64,000 nt of DNA, from positions 15,338-79,337 of IMG/VR virus record IMGVR_UViG_2558860244_000005, one strand, 5' to 3'. A model generated the notes under the pieces. The model worked only from the letters and a program-made list of their open reading frames with translations, searched no databases and had not been told where the DNA came from. Of this stretch, positions 63,010 to 64,000 are shown piece after piece; the stretch's first letter is position 1; each line of letters opens with the position of its first letter. Made by a program: the position numbers and the translations under genes. This DNA is from a virus (lineage: Duplodnaviria > Caudoviricetes).

Positions 63010-64000
63010 CAAAACCCGGAAGGCGGGCCAGCGCTGGTACGTCTACGCCTGGCGCGGCGGCCCCTGCATCTACCAGCAGGACGGTGCGCGGCCAGTCATC
63101 ACGCCCGATATCCTCGGCGCTCAGCAACGCGCCTTGCAGGACAGCTTCGGCGGACAATCCGAGGACGATATCGACGCGATCATCGCAGGCTATGAGGCCA
63201 GCCCTGACTTCACGACCAAGAAGGACAGCACGAAGCGGGACTACCGCCGCTGGCTGACCCGCATATCCGAGCGATTCGGCAACACCCCTCTCTCCGCTTT
63301 CGAGGATCGGCGCATGCGCGGCGACATCATCGAATGGCGTGATCTGTGGCAGGACCAGCCCCGGACGGCCGACAAGGCGTCCGTCATGATGGCGACACTG
63401 CTGGGCTGGGCTGTCGAGAACGGCAAGATCGAGATCAACGTTGCTGCCGGCATCAAGCAGCTGCACCACGTAAACAAGGCAGATCAAGTCTGGGAGGACC
63501 GGCACTGGCAGGCTGTTCGCGCGGAAAAAGACTTCCCGGCGCACATCATGGATGCGCTGGAGCTGGCCCAGCTGACGGGCCTCCGACTCGGCGACCTGAT
63601 TCGACTTGATTGGAAGTGCGTAGGCGAAAAGGCCATCATCGTCGAAAAGACCGGCAAGCGCGGCGGCCGTGCAGTTATCCCGATCTATGACGATCTACGC
63701 AAATGGCTGGACGGTCGCAAAGACGAGCGAAGCGGCACGGTCCTGAAGAACAGCCGGAAGACCGCCTGGACGGAAAGTGGGCTCGAAACAGTCTGGCAGC
63801 GCCGCAAGCCGGAAGGCTTTGATCGCGTGATCCACGACCTGCGCGGCACGTTCGTGACCAAGCTCGCGATCAAGGGACTTACTGACGAGGAGATCGCCAA
63901 GATCATCGGTTGGACCGCTAAGCGGATCGCCGAAATTCGTGCGCGCTATGTCGACGAAGCTCGGGTCATCATCAGCCTTGCCGAGCGCCTGTCCGCCTGA
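62987..64000 (+). CDS. int: Tyrosine integrase of prophage 2
   Basis: TGLRLGD (R), KTGKR (K), HDLR (HxxR), IGW, RY; arm-binding WYVYAWRGGP N-terminus. Confidence 0.93.
   Translation: MSGLHVVSKTRKAGQRWYVYAWRGGPCIYQQDGARPVITPDILGAQQRALQDSFGGQSEDDIDAIIAGYEASPDFTTKKDSTKRDYRRWLTRISERFGNTPLSAFEDRRMRGDIIEWRDLWQDQPRTADKASVMMATLLGWAVENGKIEINVAAGIKQLHHVNKADQVWEDRHWQAVRAEKDFPAHIMDALELAQLTGLRLGDLIRLDWKCVGEKAIIVEKTGKRGGRAVIPIYDDLRKWLDGRKDERSGTVLKNSRKTAWTESGLETVWQRRKPEGFDRVIHDLRGTFVTKLAIKGLTDEEIAKIIGWTAKRIAEIRARYVDEARVIISLAERLSA

Larger units (their letters stand above)
23696..64000. mobile_element. Prophage 2: HK97-like siphovirus prophage with tyrosine integrase
   Basis: Complete lysis, tail, head, packaging, replication, immunity and integration modules in lambdoid order. 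Confidence 0.95.

Noticed and set aside
521-63906. Long antisense or alternate-frame ORFs (e.g. 521-1786, 18344-20203, 42338-43816, 49511-51460, 57808-59163)
   Set aside because: These are shadow ORFs of GC-rich genes. They fully overlap well-supported genes and have Arg/Ala/Gly-skewed, motif-less translations.
1-64000. CRISPR array or anti-CRISPR/aca locus
   Set aside because: No regularly spaced repeats were seen. Small early ORFs cannot be assigned as Acr from sequence alone.
1-64000. Helper-satellite (P2/P4-like) relationship between the two elements
   Set aside because: Prophage 2 encodes its own full head and tail, and prophage 1 has its own tail and replicon. There is no Sid/Psu-like gene and no sign of dependence.

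Overview
The whole window is prophage DNA from a GC-rich alphaproteobacterium; the gene content looks Sphingomonadaceae-like (inference). Two prophages lie head-to-tail and meet at a duplicated 3' half of tRNA-Met(CAU) at 23696-23740. Prophage 1 (<1-23739) has a P2-like contractile tail (J-I-H, then V-W-FI-FII-E/E'-T-U-D). It also carries a lambda-style cI/cro/cII switch, Ogr, a Zn/Toprim/helicase replicon, a GapR homologue and a serine integrase whose stop codon lies in the tRNA anticodon loop. Prophage 2 (23696->64000) is an HK97-like siphovirus that appears complete from the left att to its tyrosine integrase. It has lysis, tail, head and packaging genes, a P4-type primase/SF3 helicase, cI/cro and two DNA methyltransferases. 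The most notable accessory features are: (i) a self-contained operator + XRE + IrrE/ImmA protease + unannotated 42-aa microprotein + terminator cassette; (ii) a LexA-box-controlled SRAP/YozE cluster; (iii) a tail-anchored membrane microprotein family shared by both phages; (iv) an RBS-occluding structured leader on the Dam-like gene; and (v) several small ORFs, frameshift sites, operators and ori-like repeats absent from the ORF track. All family assignments come from recognising motifs by eye; no database searches were run. No CRISPR array, rRNA, reverse transcriptase or complete tRNA was found.
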